Positions 42,594-58,421 of a stretch of 64,000 nucleotides of DNA are shown here, piece by piece. The notes beneath the pieces were generated by a model. That model had not been told where the DNA came from and searched no databases. It was given only the letters and a program-made list of their open reading frames with translations. The stretch's first letter is position 1. Each line of letters begins with the position of its first letter. Position numbers and translations under genes: made by a program. The stretch comes from the human T2T-CHM13v2.0 reference genome, Homo sapiens, in the NCBI RefSeq assembly GCF_009914755.1, contig NC_060948.1. One strand, written 5' to 3'.

Positions 42594-43780
42594 TAATCAC
42601 CACTGAGGAAGCGGAGCCAGATGGTTAAATATAAAGCTCCACTGATAGAAAACTTCCTGCTTTGAGTAGGCATGTGACCTACTGAAACACCAGCTGAGGC
42701 AGCCAAGGGAGTGCTGGCATGACCTCCCTGCTAACCCCAGGCTGCATAGCTTGTGGCTCCAAAAGAGATCCCTTCTTCTGCTTGAGGAGAGGACAAAGAA
42801 GAGTGCAGAGGACTTCGTGTTGCATTTTGGATACCAGCCCAACCACGACAGGATAAGGCACCCATCATGAGGCCTCCATTTCAGGCCATAGCTTTGGGAC
42901 ATTTCCAGACATATCCTGAGCCAGAAGGGAACCCACTGCCTTGAAGAAAAGAAACTCATCCTGCCAGCATTCATCACCCACTAACTGAAGAGCCCCTGGG
43001 CCCTGAAAAACCAGCAGCAATACCCAGGTAGTACATTGAGGGCCTTGATGAGCTTCTAAGACTTGCTGGCTTCAGGTGAGACTAACACATTACCAGCAGT
43101 GGTGTCCAAACTCCTGCTTGAGGAAAGCAGAGGAAAATATAAAGGGGACCTTGTCTTGCATCTTAGGTATCAACTGCCACAAGGGTGTGGAGCACCAAGC
43201 GGGCTCTTGGGGTCCCTGATCCCAGGACTTGACTCTTGGATGGCATGTCTAGACCTTCCAAAGGCAAGAGGGGAGCCCATTGCCCTGAAGGGTGAGTGCA
43301 AGACCAGGCAGTCTTGCACAAGTGGACTTAAGAGACCTTGGGCCTTAATGGAACATCAGTGATAGTCTGGCAGCACTTCTTGTGACCAGGGGTGGCTGTG
43401 GCTATGAGGTAAGTTTCCTCTGCCTTTGGAAAAGGGAGGGAAAAGTGAAATAAACTGCATCTTGTGATTTGAGTATCAGCTCAACACCAGGTAGACTTCT
43501 AAGATTTTTAACTCTAGTCCCTGATACTTGGATGATACTTCTGGACTCACCTGGGGAAAAGGTAACTTACTGCCTTGAAGGGAAAGACATAGGTCTGGCT
43601 GGCATTGCTACCTGCTGATTGTAGAGCTCCAGGACTTTTACTGACATTGGCAGTGGCCAGGGAGTGGTTAAAGCAGGCCTTAGGCAAGACTCAGTGCTGT
43701 GCTGGCTTCAAGACTGACCCAGCACAGTCGTAATGGTGGTGGCCACAAGGGTGCTTCTGTAACTCCACCCCAGCTTTAGG

Positions 43781-43784
<4 letters not shown>

Positions 43785-43826
<42 letters not shown>
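43785..43826. repeat. (GA)n microsatellite
   Basis: About 21 GA units. Confidence 0.95.
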
Positions 43827-43830
<4 letters not shown>

Positions 43831-46800
43831 ATGCTTGGGAGAAAGTAAGAAAAGAGTCTCTGTTTGATAATGCAGAGAATTTTCCTGGATCTTGCCCAAG
43901 GATATCAAGGTGATACTTCTGTGAGTCTAAAAGAACCACAGCATTGCTGGCCTTGGGGTTTCTCCTAAAGCAGAAACAGCTTAGATCACAACATCCAAGT
44001 CTTCTCAATATCTGGAAAGCCTTCACAAGAAGGATGGCTACGAATAAGCCCAGACAGTTAAGACTGCAATAAATACCTAACTCTTCAATGCTCAGACACC
44101 AAAGAACATCTACTAGCATCAACACCAACCAGGAAAACATGACCATGTCAAATGAGCTACATAAGGCACCAAGGACCAATTCTGGAGAAATAGAGATATG
44201 ACCTTTCGGACAGAAAATTCAAAATGGCTGTGTTGAGGAAATTCAGATAAATTCAAGATAACATAGATAAGAAATTAAGAATTATATAAGATAAATTTAA
44301 CAAAAGAGATTGAAATCATTAAAAAAATTCAACAAAAATTCTGGAGCTGGAAAAGGAAATTGGCATACTGAAGAATGCATGAGTGTGAATTGCTGGCAGA
44401 ACTGATCAGACAGGAGAAAGAAATAGTGAGTTTGAATATAGGCTACATGAAAATACACAGTCAAAGGAGATAGAAAAAAAAAAGAATAAAAACCAAGAAA
44501 GCACACCTACAGAATCTAGAAAATAGCCTCAAAAGGGCCAGTCTAAGAGTTATTGGCCTTAAAGAGGAGGCAGAGAAAGAGAGGGGTAGGAGAGATGAAA
44601 AAAGTTGTGGATAGGAGGCGGGACTAAATTGCAGCTCTCACTTGGATGGACAGAGCACCATGGGAAGACTTGCACTGTGAACTTTTGCTCTAAGAAGTAC
44701 TTCAGGAATAAACCAGGAAAGCCGAGGGAATCCACAGACCCTTTGAAGGAAGTGGATTGCTCCTGCAGGACATGGGAGACAGCCCAAATATTGTGAGTGC
44801 CCAAAATGTGAAAGTGGAAAAGGGGGACTATCCACCCCTGAACACACACCCTCACTGGGGAACCTGAATGTCCAGATCACGGGAGAAGGATTTGACCTTA
44901 CCTGGAACTGAGAAAATTTAGAGAGCTGAGTGAAATACAGGGGTAGAGGAAGCAGTGGGAAAAGCCCTGTGGGCTCTGTGGGTCCCCAGGGAAGCCATTT
45001 TTGACTTGTCTCATAGGGGTCCTTGGGGAGGGCTGCCAGAGGAACTGGAAAAAGAACACAAGGAGAAGGAAACCTCCAGTTGAACTTTGTAACAATTCCA
45101 ACCAAGGGTGAAGATTCCTGGCCAGAACTTGGGGAAGAGCATGAATCTGGTTTGCAGACTCAACAGGTGGAGAGGTGCAAAAGCCCTGTTTGCTTTCTTA
45201 GCTGGGAGGCTGATAGCCTAGAGCAAGTTCTCAGCCCTGCTCATCCACTGCTGGGAACAAACTTGGTGCTATTGGGATGGCATGGAGGGAGTGACACCAG
45301 CCTTTTGGGTTGCACAGGAGCTGAGTGAGGCCTGTAACTGCTGGCATTCCCCAACTTCCCTGAAAACCTGCATGAAACAGCAGAGGCAGCCATAATCATT
45401 TTGGGAACATAACTACATTGACCTGGAAACAACAACCCCATCCCCACGCAGCTGCAGCAAGGAGAGTCTAAGCTCAGATAGGCCTTACACTGCCTCCACC
45501 TTATGGTCTTTCCCTACCTGCCCTGGTAGCTGAAGACAAAGGTCATATTCTCTTGGGAATGCTAGGGCCCCACCCACCACCTGACCCTCCTGTATACTAC
45601 CACATCTGATGCTCTCTTGAAAGCACCAACTCCAGGAAGGAGACCAACTAGCACAAAACTAATGCATTAAACAACTACAACTAAGGACTCTCACAGAGTC
45701 CATTTTACTCCCCTGCCACCTCCACTGGAGCAGGTGCTGGTATCCATGGCTGAGAGACCTGAAGATGGTTCACATCACAAAACTCTATGCAGACACCCCA
45801 CAAGACCAGCCCAGGGCCTGGTAGGCCTGCTGGGTGGCTAGATCAATAAGAGAAATAACAATCACTACAGCACAGATCTAAGTAAGCCACATTTATAGAA
45901 AAAGGGAAATAGTGCTACATCAAGGATACACCCCATGGCCAAAAAAGAATCTGAACAGCAGCCTTGAGCCCCAGATCTTCCCTCTGAGTTAGCCTACCTA
46001 AATGAGAAGAAACCAGAAAAACAATCCTGCTAATAAGACAAAACAGGGTTCTTTAACACCCCCCAAAAAATCACACTAGGGCAGCAGCAATGGATTCAAA
46101 CCAGGAAGAGATCCCTGAATTACAAGAAAAAGAATTCAGGTCAATTATTAAGCTAATCAAGGAGGTACCAGATAAACTTTAAGTTCAATTTAAAGAAATC
46201 AAAACAATGATACAATATATGAGTGCAGAAACCTTCAGTGAAATAGATAGCTTAAATAAAAAACAAGTGCAACTTCAGGAAATAAAGGACACACTTAGAT
46301 AAATGCAAAGGGTTCTAGAAGGTCTTAGCAATAGAGTCAAACAAGCAGAAGAAAGAACTTCAGAGCTCAAAGACAAGGTTTGAGAAATAACCCAACCCAA
46401 CAAAGACAAATGAAAAATAATTTTAAGAAAATGAACAAAGGCTCCAAGGAGTTTGAGATTATGTTTAATGACTAAATGCCAGTTATAAGAATAACTGGCA
46501 CTCTTGAGGAAGAAAAGAAATCTAAAAGTTTGGAAAATATATTTGGGGAAATAATTGAGGAAAACTTTCCTGACCTCTCTAGAGATCTAGATATCCAAAT
46601 ACAGGAAACTCAAAGAAAATTCATCACAAAAAAATAATCACCTAGGCACATAGTCATCAGGTTATCTAAACTCAACATGAAGAAAGCATCTTAAGAGTTG
46701 TGAGGCAAAGGCACCATGTAGCCTACAAAGAAAAACCTATCAGATTAACAGCATATTTCTCAGCAGAAACCCTACAAGCTAAAAGGAATTGGTGCCCTAT

Positions 46801-48137
46801 TTTCAGCCCCCTTAAACAAAACAATTATCAGCCAAGAATTTTCTATCCAGTGAAATGAAGCTTGATAAATGAAAGATACAGTTTTTCTCAGACAAACAAA
46901 TGCTGAGAGAATTCACCACTACCAAGCCAGCACTATAAGAACTACTAAAAGGAGCTCTAAATCTTGAAACAAATCCTGAAAACACATAGAAGCAGTACCT
47001 CTTTAAAGCATGAGTCTCACAGGACCTATAAAACAAAAATAAGAAAAATAAATAAATTAATTTAAAAAAACAAGATGTTCAGGCAATAAATAGCACAATG
47101 AATGGAATTGTAACGTTGAATATAAATAGCCTAAATGCGCCACTTAAAAGATAAAGAATAGCAGAATGGATAACAATTCACCAACCAAGGGTCTGCTGCC
47201 TTCAAAAGACTCACCTAACACATAGGGACTCATATAAACTTAAGGTAAAGGAGTGGAAAAAGACATTTTATGCAAATAGACACCCAAAACAAGCAGTAGT
47301 AGCTATTCTTCTATCAGACATAACAAACTTTTTTTTAAAAAAAGCAATTTAAAAAGACAAAGAGGGACTTTATATAATGATAAATAGCTTTGTCCAACAT
47401 GAAAATATCACAATTCTAAATATATACGCACCTAACACTGGAGATCTCAAATTTATAAAACAATTACTAATAGACCTAAGAAATGAGATGGACAGCAACA
47501 CAATAATAGTGGAGGATTTTAATACTCCAGTGACAGCACTAGACAAGTCATCAAAACAGAAAGTCAACAAAGAAAATATGAATTTAAACTATACCCAAGA
47601 ACAAATGGACTTAACAGGTATTTACAGAACATTTTACATAACAACTGCAGAATAAACATTCTGTTCATCAGTGCATGGAAATTTATCCAAGATAGACCAT
47701 ATGACAGTCCACAAAACAAGTCTCAATAGAACTTTAAAAAATAAAGTTTTATCAAGTACTCTCTCAGACCACAGTGGAAAAAAATTGGAAATCAACTCCA
47801 AAAGGAAACTTCAAAACCATGCAAGTACATAGAAATTAAATAAACTGTTCCTGAATGATTATTGGGTAAACAATGAAATCAAGATGAAAATTTAAAAAAC
47901 GTACTTGAACTGAATGATAATGGTGATGCAACCTGTCAAAACCACTGAGATAGGACAAAGGTAGTGCTAAGAGGAAAGTCCATAGCCTTAAATGCCTACA
48001 TCAAAAAGTCCAAAAGAGCACAAATAGATAGTCTAAGGTCAAATCTCAAGGAACTGGAGAAATAAGAACAAACCAAACCCAAATTCACCAGAAGAAAATA
48101 AGTAATCAAGAACAGAGCAGAACTAAATGAAATTGAA

Positions 48138-48167
48138 ACACACACACACACACACACACACTCACAC
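48138..48167. repeat. (CA)n microsatellite in L1PB ORF2
   Basis: CA run. Confidence 0.9.
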
Positions 48168-48782
48168 AAATACAAAAGATAAATGAAACAAAAAGCTGTT
48201 TCTTTTTAAAGATAAATAAAATTGACAGAACATTCACAAGGTTAACCAAGAAAAGAAGAAACAAGATGCAAATAAGTTCAATTAAAAATGAAATGGGAGA
48301 TATTACAACTGACACAACAGAAATATAAAAGGTCATTTAATGATATTATGAACACATAGTTTATGTGCGTAAATTACAAAACCTAGAGACTATGGATAAA
48401 TTCCTGGAAATATACAACCATCCTAGCTTAAATAAGGAATAATTAGAAATCCTGAAGAGACTAATAAGAAGCAGTAAGATTAAAATGCATATAAAAAATT
48501 ACCAACAAAAAAGGTCCATGACCAGACAGATTCACAGCTGAATTCAATCAGACATTCAAAGAGGAATTGGTACCAATTTTACTCACACTATTCTACAAGA
48601 CAGAGGAAAAGGAAATCCTCTCTAAATGAATCTATGAATCCAGTATCACCATAATACCAAAACCAGAAAAGAACATAACAAAAAAAGAAAACTACAGACC
48701 AATATCCTTGATGAACATAGATGCAAAAATCCTTAACAAAAAATAGCTAATGAAATTCAACAGCATGTCAAAAAGATAATCC

Positions 48783-49110
<328 letters not shown>

Positions 49111-49349
49111 AAGATAATGTATCATAATCAAGTTGGTTTCATTCCAGGGAGGCAGGGATGCAGGGATGGTTTAACATATGCAAGTTAATGAATGTGATAC
49201 ACCATATTAACAGAATTAAAAACAAAAATCATATAATGGTCTCAATAAATGCAGAAAAAGCATTTGACAAAATCCAGCATCACTTTATAATTAAATTCAT
49301 CAGCAAAATTGGCATACAAGAGACATAATTCTATGTAATAAAAGCCATT

Positions 49350-49664
<315 letters not shown>

Positions 49665-51790
49665 CTATGACAAACCCACAGGCAACATAATATTGAATGG
49701 GGAAAATGTTGAAAGCATTCTCCCTGAGATCTAGAACAAGGCAAGGATGCCCACTTTCATCAAATTTATCTGGCATAGTACTGGAAGTTCTAGCCAAACC
49801 AATCAGATAAGAGGAAGAAATAAAGGGTATTTGAATGGGTAAACAGGAAGTCAAACTGTCACTGTTTGCTGACGATATGATTGTATACCTATAAAACCCT
49901 GAAGATTCCTCCAAAAATCTCTTAGAACTAATAAATGAATTCAGCAGTTTCAGGATAAAAAATTAATGTACACAATTCAGTAGTTTTTCTATACATCAAC
50001 AGAGACCAAGCTGAGAATCAAATCACGAACTAAAACCCTTTTACAATAGCTGTGAAAAAAATAAAACACTTAAAATTATACCTAACCAAGGAGGTAAAAG
50101 ACATCTACAAATAAAATTTCAAAACACTCCTGAAATAAATCATAGATGACAGAAAAAATTGAAAACATATTTTGTTCTCATAGATGAGTAGAATCAATAT
50201 TGTGAAATGGCCATACTGCCAAAAGCAATCTACACATTCAATGCAATTCCCATGAAAGTACCAACATTATTCCTCACAGAGCTAGAAAAAACAATCCCAA
50301 CATTCATATGGAACCAAAAAAGAGCCCACATAGGCAAAGCAAGACTAAGCAAAGAGAACAAGTCCGAAGGCATCACATTACCTGACTTCAAACTATACTA
50401 TGAAGCTATAGTCACCAAAACAGCATGGTACTGGTATAAAATTTGGCACAGACCAATGGAACAAAATAGAAAACCCAGAAATAAACTGAAATACTTACAG
50501 CCACCTGATCCTTGACAAAGCACACGAAAACATAAATTGGGGAAATGACACCCCATTCAACAAATCTTGCTGGGATATTTGGCAAGCCACATGTAGGAGA
50601 ATGAAACCAGATTCTCATCTCTTACTTTACACAAAAGTCAACCCAAGATGGATCAAGGATTTAAATCTAAGACCTAAAACTATAAAAATTCTAGAAGATA
50701 ACATAAGAAAAACCATTTTAGACATTGGCTTAGACAAAGAATTCATGACCAAGAACTCAAAAGAAAATGCAACATAAACAAAGATAACTAGGTTGGACTT
50801 CACTAAAGAGCTTCTGCACAGCAAAAGGAACTTCCAGCAGAGTAAACAGCCCTCAGAGTGAGAGAAAATCTTCACAACCTATACATTCAACAAAAGACTA
50901 ATATCCAGAATCTACAAGGAACTCAAACAAATTAGCAACAAAAAATCTAACAATCCCTTCAAAAAGTGGGTTAAACACATGCATAGACAATTCCCAAAAT
51001 AAAACATACTAAATGGCCAACAAGCATGTGATAAAATGCTCAACATCACTAATGATCAGGAGCAAGCAAATCAAAACCACAATGCTATACCACCTTACAC
51101 CTGTAAGAATGGCCATTATCAAAAAATTTAAAAAAATAATAGATCTTGGCATGGATGCAGGAAAAGAGGAGCACTTCTACACTGCTGGTGGAAATGTAAA
51201 CTAGTACAACCACTATGGAAAACAGTGTGGAGATTTCTTAAAAAACTAAAAGTAGAACTACCATTTTATCCAGCAATCCCATGACTGGGTATCTACCCAG
51301 AGGAAAAGAAGTCATTATATTAAAAAGATACTTGCACACATATGTTTATAGCAGCACAAGTCACAATTGCAAAAATATGAAACCAGCCCAATTGCCCATC
51401 AATGAATGAGTGGATAAAGAAATTTTGGCATGTATGTATGATGGAGTAATACTCAAGTCATAAAAAAGAATGGATTAATGGCATTTACAACAACCTGCAT
51501 GGAACTGGAGATTATTATTCTAAGTAAAGTAACTCAGAAATGGAAAACCAAACATTGTATGTTCTCACTTATAAGTGGAAGCTAACCTGTGGGGATACAA
51601 AGTCATAAGAATGATACAATGGACTTTAGGGACTTGAGGGAAAGGGTGGGAGGAGGGTGAGGCATAATATACTACAAATTGTGTTGTGTATACTGCTCAG
51701 GTGATAGGTGCAGCAAAATCTCACAAATCACCACCAAAGAATTTACTCATGTAGTCAAACACCATCTGCTTTCCAAAAACCTATAAAAAG

Positions 51791-51831
<41 letters not shown>
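51791..51831. repeat. (TA)n(TG)n microsatellite at the L1PB 3' end
   Basis: tatatatatg followed by about 16 TG units. Confidence 0.95.
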
Positions 51832-51833
<2 letters not shown>

Positions 51834-54800
51834 TAAAACAAAAACAAAACACTAAAAAAGTCTTATGTAATATACCGAGTTCAGAAAAAAAAAGACCTGA
51901 TTAAGGAATAAAGGACTATTTAAGCCATTAAAAAAAAAGAAAAGAAAGAAACCGATGGGTAGAAAGTTTATTGAAAGGGATAATAACAGAGAACTTTCCA
52001 AACTTACAGAAATATATCAATATGCATGTAAGAGAAGCTTATAGATCTGGCAGCAGACTTTTATTGAAAACCTCAAAGGCCAGGAGAGATTAGAATAACA
52101 TGCTTAACGTGCTGAAGGGGAAAAATGTATTTTACCTTAAAATATTATATCTAGTGAAAATATCCATCAAACCTGATGGAGAACTAAAGACTTTCCCAAG
52201 CAAACAAAAGCTGAGAGACTTCATCAATACCAGAACCATCCTTCAAGAGATGCTAAATGGAGTAGTTTAATCAGAAAAAAAGGACATTAATGAGCAATAA
52301 ATAATCACCTGAATGTACAAAACTTACTGGTAAAAGTAAGTACACAGAAAAACACAAACTATTATAACACTGTAACTGTGGTGTGTAAACTGTTCTTATC
52401 TGAAGTAGAAAGACTAAATGATAAACCAATCAAAAATAATAATTACAACAGCTTTTCAAAACATAGTCAATATAATAATAAAAAATAGAAATAACAGAAA
52501 GTTAAAAAGCCAAGGGACAAAGTTAAGGTGAGTTTTTGTTATTTTTCTCTTTGTTTGTTTATGCATTTAGTAGTAAGTTGTTATGAGGTTAAAATATTGA
52601 CTCGTATTTGCAATCCTCATGGTAGCCAAAAAACAAAAACAAAAAAATACGGTAAATACACAAAACAAAAGCAAGAAAATAAATCATATCAGAGAAAATC
52701 ATTTCCACTAGAAGACAGGAATAAAGGAAAAAGTGAAGAGAAAAACAACCAGAAAACATTAAAATGGCAGAAGTAATAACATTGAATGTAAATGGACTAA
52801 ACTCTCCAATCAAAAGACAGAGACTGACTGAATGAATTAAAAAAAAGACTCATTGACCTCTTGCAGACAAAAAACACATTTTGCCTATAAAGACACACAT
52901 AGATAGATAATAAAGGAATAGAAAAAGACATCTAATGCCAATGGAAACCAAAAAAGAGCAGGAGTCACTATACTTACATTAGACAAAATAAATTTTGAGA
53001 GAATAACTATAAGAACAGACACAGAAGGTAACTAATGATAAAGAGGTCAATTTAGCAAGATAATATAACAATTTTAAATACATATGCACCCAACACTGGA
53101 GCACCGAGATACATAAAGGAAATATTATTAGAGCTAGAGAGATAGGCCATAATACAATAATAGATAGTGACATCAACACCCCACTTTTCACATTAGCCAG
53201 ATCCTCCACACTGAAAATCAACAAACGTTAGTATTAATCTGCACTGTAGAACAAATGTATTTAATAGGTATTTACAGAATACTTCATCCAAGAGCTGCAG
53301 AATACACATTATTTTCCTCAGCATATGAATTATTCTCAAAAGTAGATCATATATTATGTCCCCAAAAAATCTTAAAACTTTCAAAAAAATTGAAATTATA
53401 TCAAGCATCTTCTCTGAACATAATGGGATAAAACTAGAGAAGAATAACAGGAGAAATTTTGGAAATTTTACAAATGCCTAGAAATTAAACACTATACTTC
53501 TGAATGACCAGTGGGCCAGTGAAGATATTAAGAAGAAAATAGAAACTCTTCTTGAAACAAATAATAATGCAAACACAACATACTAAAACTTATGGAATAT
53601 AGCAAAAGCAATACTGAGAAGGAAATTTATAGCTATAACTGTCTACATCTAAACAGAGAAAAGCCTTCAAATAATAAGTGTAATAATGCATCTTAAAGAA
53701 CTAGAAAAGCAAGATGAAAGCACACCCAAAATTAGCAGGAAAAAAAGGAAATTATAAAGATTGAAGCAGAAATAAAATTGGAATGAAAAAATACAAAATG
53801 TTAATGAAACAAAAAGTTGTGGGTTTTTTGGAAATTTACACAAAATTGAAAACCTGTAGCCACACAAAGACAAAAAAGATAAAAAAAAAATCAGAAATGA
53901 AAGAGGAGAGAGTATAAATGTTACTGTAGACATTCAAAGGATCATTATTGGCTACTAGAAGAAACTATATGCCAATAAATTGGAAAATCTAGAATAAATG
54001 GACAAATTTCCAGACACACACATCACACCAAGGTTAAATTAAGAAACCCAGTATCTGAACAGACCAGTAACAAGTAACTACATTGAAGCTGTAATAAAAC
54101 TCTGCCAGTAATGAAAATCCTAGGACCTGATTTTTATCAAACTGCTGAATTTTATCAAACATTTAGAGAACTAATACCAATCCTACTTAAACTATTCCAA
54201 AAAATAGAGGAGAAGGGAATACTTTCAAACTCATTCTATGAGGCCAGTGTTACCCTGATATGAAAACCAGAAAAAGACACATTTTAAAAGGAAAATGACA
54301 GGCCAATATTTCTGATGTATATTGATGCAAAAATACTCAACAAAATACTAGCAAAGCAAATTCAACAATACGTTAGAAAGATCATTCATCATGACCAAGT
54401 GAGATTTATCTCAGGGATGTAAGGATGGTTCAACATATACAAATCAATAAATGTAATACATATCAACAGAATGAAGGATAAATCTATATGATAATTTCAA
54501 TTGATGTTGAGAAAGCATTGGATAAAATTCAAAATCCTTTCGTAATAAAAACTCTAAAAAAACTGGGGATGTAAGGAACGTAACTCAACATAATGAAAAT
54601 CATATATGACAGATTCACAGGTAGTATTATACTTAATGAGGAAAAACTAAAAAACTTTCATATAAGATCTGAAACAAGACAAGAATGTCCATTGTCACCA
54701 TTGTTATTTTACATAGTGCTGGAAGTTCTAGCTAGAGCAAACATACACAAGAAATATATAAAGGACATCCAAATTGGAAATGAGCAAGTCAAATTTCTTT

Positions 54801-57042
54801 GTTTTCAGATGATATTATATATGGAAAATTCTGAAGATTCCACAAGAAAACTACTAGAAGTGATAAACACATTCAGTAAAGTTTCAGGATACAAAATCAA
54901 TGTACAAAACTTGGTAGTATTTCTATATGTCAACAGTGAACAATGTGAAAAAGAAATTTAAAAAGTAATCCCATTTAAAATAAGCACACATAAAATTAAA
55001 TACCTAGGAATTAATATAACCAAACAAGTGAAAGATTGTAACTAAAACTATAAAACTGATGAAAGAAATTGAAGAGGTCACCAAAAAAATGGAGAGATAT
55101 TCCCTGTTCACGAGTTGAAAGAATCAATCAATATTGTTAAAATGTCCATACTCTATAGATTCAATGCAATCCCTACCAAAATGCCAATGACTTTCTCACA
55201 GAAATAGAGAAAAAAAAAAACAATTCTAAGATTTATATGGAACCACAAAACACCCAGAAGAACCAAAGGTTTCCTGAGCAAAAAAAAAAAAAAAAAAAAA
55301 AGAATCACATTACTTGACTTGAAATTATAATGCAAAGCTGTAGTAACCAAAATAGCAAAATAGTACTGGCAAAAAAAACAAAAACAAAAACAAAAACAAA
55401 ACACATAGACCAATACAATAGAACAGAGAACCCAGGAACAAATTCAAACACCTACAGTGAACTCATTTTCAAGAAAGATGCCAAGACATACACTGGGGGA
55501 AAAGAGAGTATCTTAATAAATGGCCCTGAAGAAACTGCATATCCATATGCAGAAGAATAAAACTAGACCTCTATATCTTTTTGATTTAACAAAAATTAAA
55601 TCAAAATGGATTGAAAACATAAATCGAAGACCTCAAATGATGAAGTTACTTCAGAAGAACATTGGGGAATATCTCCAGGACGTTGATCTGAGCAAATTTT
55701 CTTGAGCAATACTCCACAAACACAAACCAACAAAGCAAAAGTGAACAAATGGGATCATGTCAAGTGAAAGGGCTTCTGCACAGCAAAGGATACAATCAAC
55801 AAAATGAAGAGACAACCAAGATAATAGGGGAAAGTATTTGCAAATTACACATCTAACAAGGGATGAATAACCAGAATATATAAGAAACTCAAACAACTCT
55901 ATAGAAAAAAACTAATAATGTGATCAAAAAGTGGGCAAAAGATTTAAATAGTTATTTCTAAAAAGAAGACACACAAATGACAAGCAGGCATTTGAAAAGG
56001 TTCTCAACATCATTGATCATCAGAGAAATGCAAATCAAATATACAATGAGATATCATCTCTCCCCAAGTAAAATTGCTTATATCCAAAACAGGCAATAAA
56101 AACCGCTGGAGAAGATAGAGAGAAAGGAAACCCTTGTATACTGTTAGTGGGAATGTAAATTAGTACAACCACTATGGAGAACAGTTTAGAGGTTTCTCAA
56201 AAAACTAAAAATTGAGCTAACATATGTTCCAGAAATCTCATTTCTGGATACATATGCAAAAGAAAGGAAATCAGTATATCAAAAAGATATCTGCACTCCT
56301 ATTTTTGTTGCAGCACTGTTTACAATAGCGAAGATTTGGAAGCAACCTGTGTCCATCAAGAGATAAATGGATAAAGAAAATGTGGCATATATACATACAA
56401 TGCAGTACTTATTCAGCCATAAAAAAGAATGAGATCCAGTCATTTGTGAAACATGGGTGGAAGTGGAGATTATTATGTTAACTGAAATAAGGCAGGCACA
56501 GAAAAACATATATTGCATGTTCTCACTTATTTCTATAATTATAAATCAAAACAATTGAACTTGCGAATGTAGAGAGTAGAAGAATGGTTACTAGAGGCTG
56601 GTAAGAGTAGTGGGGGCCTGTTAGGGGAGGTGGAGATGGTTAATAGTACAAAACAAAACAGAAAGAATATATGAGCCCTACTATTTGATAGCGCAACAAC
56701 GTGACCATAGTCAATAATAAATGAACTTTGCATTTTAAAATAATTTAAAAGAGTGTCATTGGATTGATCTCAACTGAATGGATAAATGCTTGAGAGGATG
56801 GATATCCAATTCTTTATGATCTGCTTATATCACATTATATGTCTGACATGATATGATATATCAAAATAACTCATCTGCCCCATACATGTATACATGTACT
56901 ATGCAACCACAAAAATTAAAAATTAAAAAATTAAAAAATATACAAAAATAATCACCACTGAATAACTTTTTTTGTTTTAGACCCTTTTTTTTTATTGCTA
57001 GTGTTTTTTACATCTGTTATATAAAATTATTTATTTGTTTAA

Positions 57043-57356
<314 letters not shown>

Positions 57357-58421
57357 TAAATATGTCTTCCCTTTTGAATGTAATCTGCATTGTATGTGAC
57401 TAGCAGAGTTTTTGGCATATAAAAGGCTCTATATATTTGTTGCTCATGACTTAGCTAAAATATTATTACCTCGAGTGATAATATTTTAAATTTCTCACAC
57501 ACTCTCAATATAAAATTATATGATTTATAGTTTTATTTTCTATTTATTACCACTTGAAAGTACCTTCCATGAGGGAAGGTACATTGTAGTAGTTAATATT
57601 TTTGTATGATCAAATAAGTAAATTATTTTTATGAAGGAATGCATGCATGTATGAGCATGTCCTAGGGAAAATAGTAGGTACTATATGTTATCCTATAAAA
57701 TATGTTTTAAGCCTTCTATATTGTCTCTGATTTATTCTGTTTGGCCTTTAAATTCATTATAATCAAACTTAATAATAGTTTCCTAAAATAAACCTTTTTG
57801 ACAATAATTTTTATAATAAGAGTTTTAGTTCTTCAGCATATAGATTCCACACTACTATCTATTGCATTCTGCATTTCAAAGCTTCTGTGCGGCAACAATC
57901 ACTGCCCTTTATTTGCCACCTTCCTTTCTCCGCCATATCCTAGGTAATTTGTATCCAAGTCTGATATTATCATTATATGCCATTTTTTTCTATTTAAGGG
58001 TTGCTCAACATTAAATCCTGCTTCTGTTAGTCTATTTATCCTTTCCTTCTCCTACTTATATTGTTGATGACATGGACTACTTTCAAGAGTTTTTACTTAC
58101 ACATAATTGAAATTCATTTGGCCCTTACAAACAACTAAAAAAGTTCTAAATTTCACTGTACAAGTATTATGTACTCTGTTTACTAATGAAAAAATTAAGA
58201 ACCCATCCTCCAAAATTATTTCAATGTCACACATCCCATGAGAATTCAAGAACATTCATATCTCCACTTAAGGGCAATTATCAATATACATAATTTCATA
58301 ATGCTTTGCATCAGTTAAACTGGACTAAAAGTCTTGAAAGTTGGAAGTTATGCTGGGAATTGCAGGCCCTTTTAGTTCAGGAAGATATTTCATGTTGTGG
58401 AGCTTTTGATATTCCTCATAT

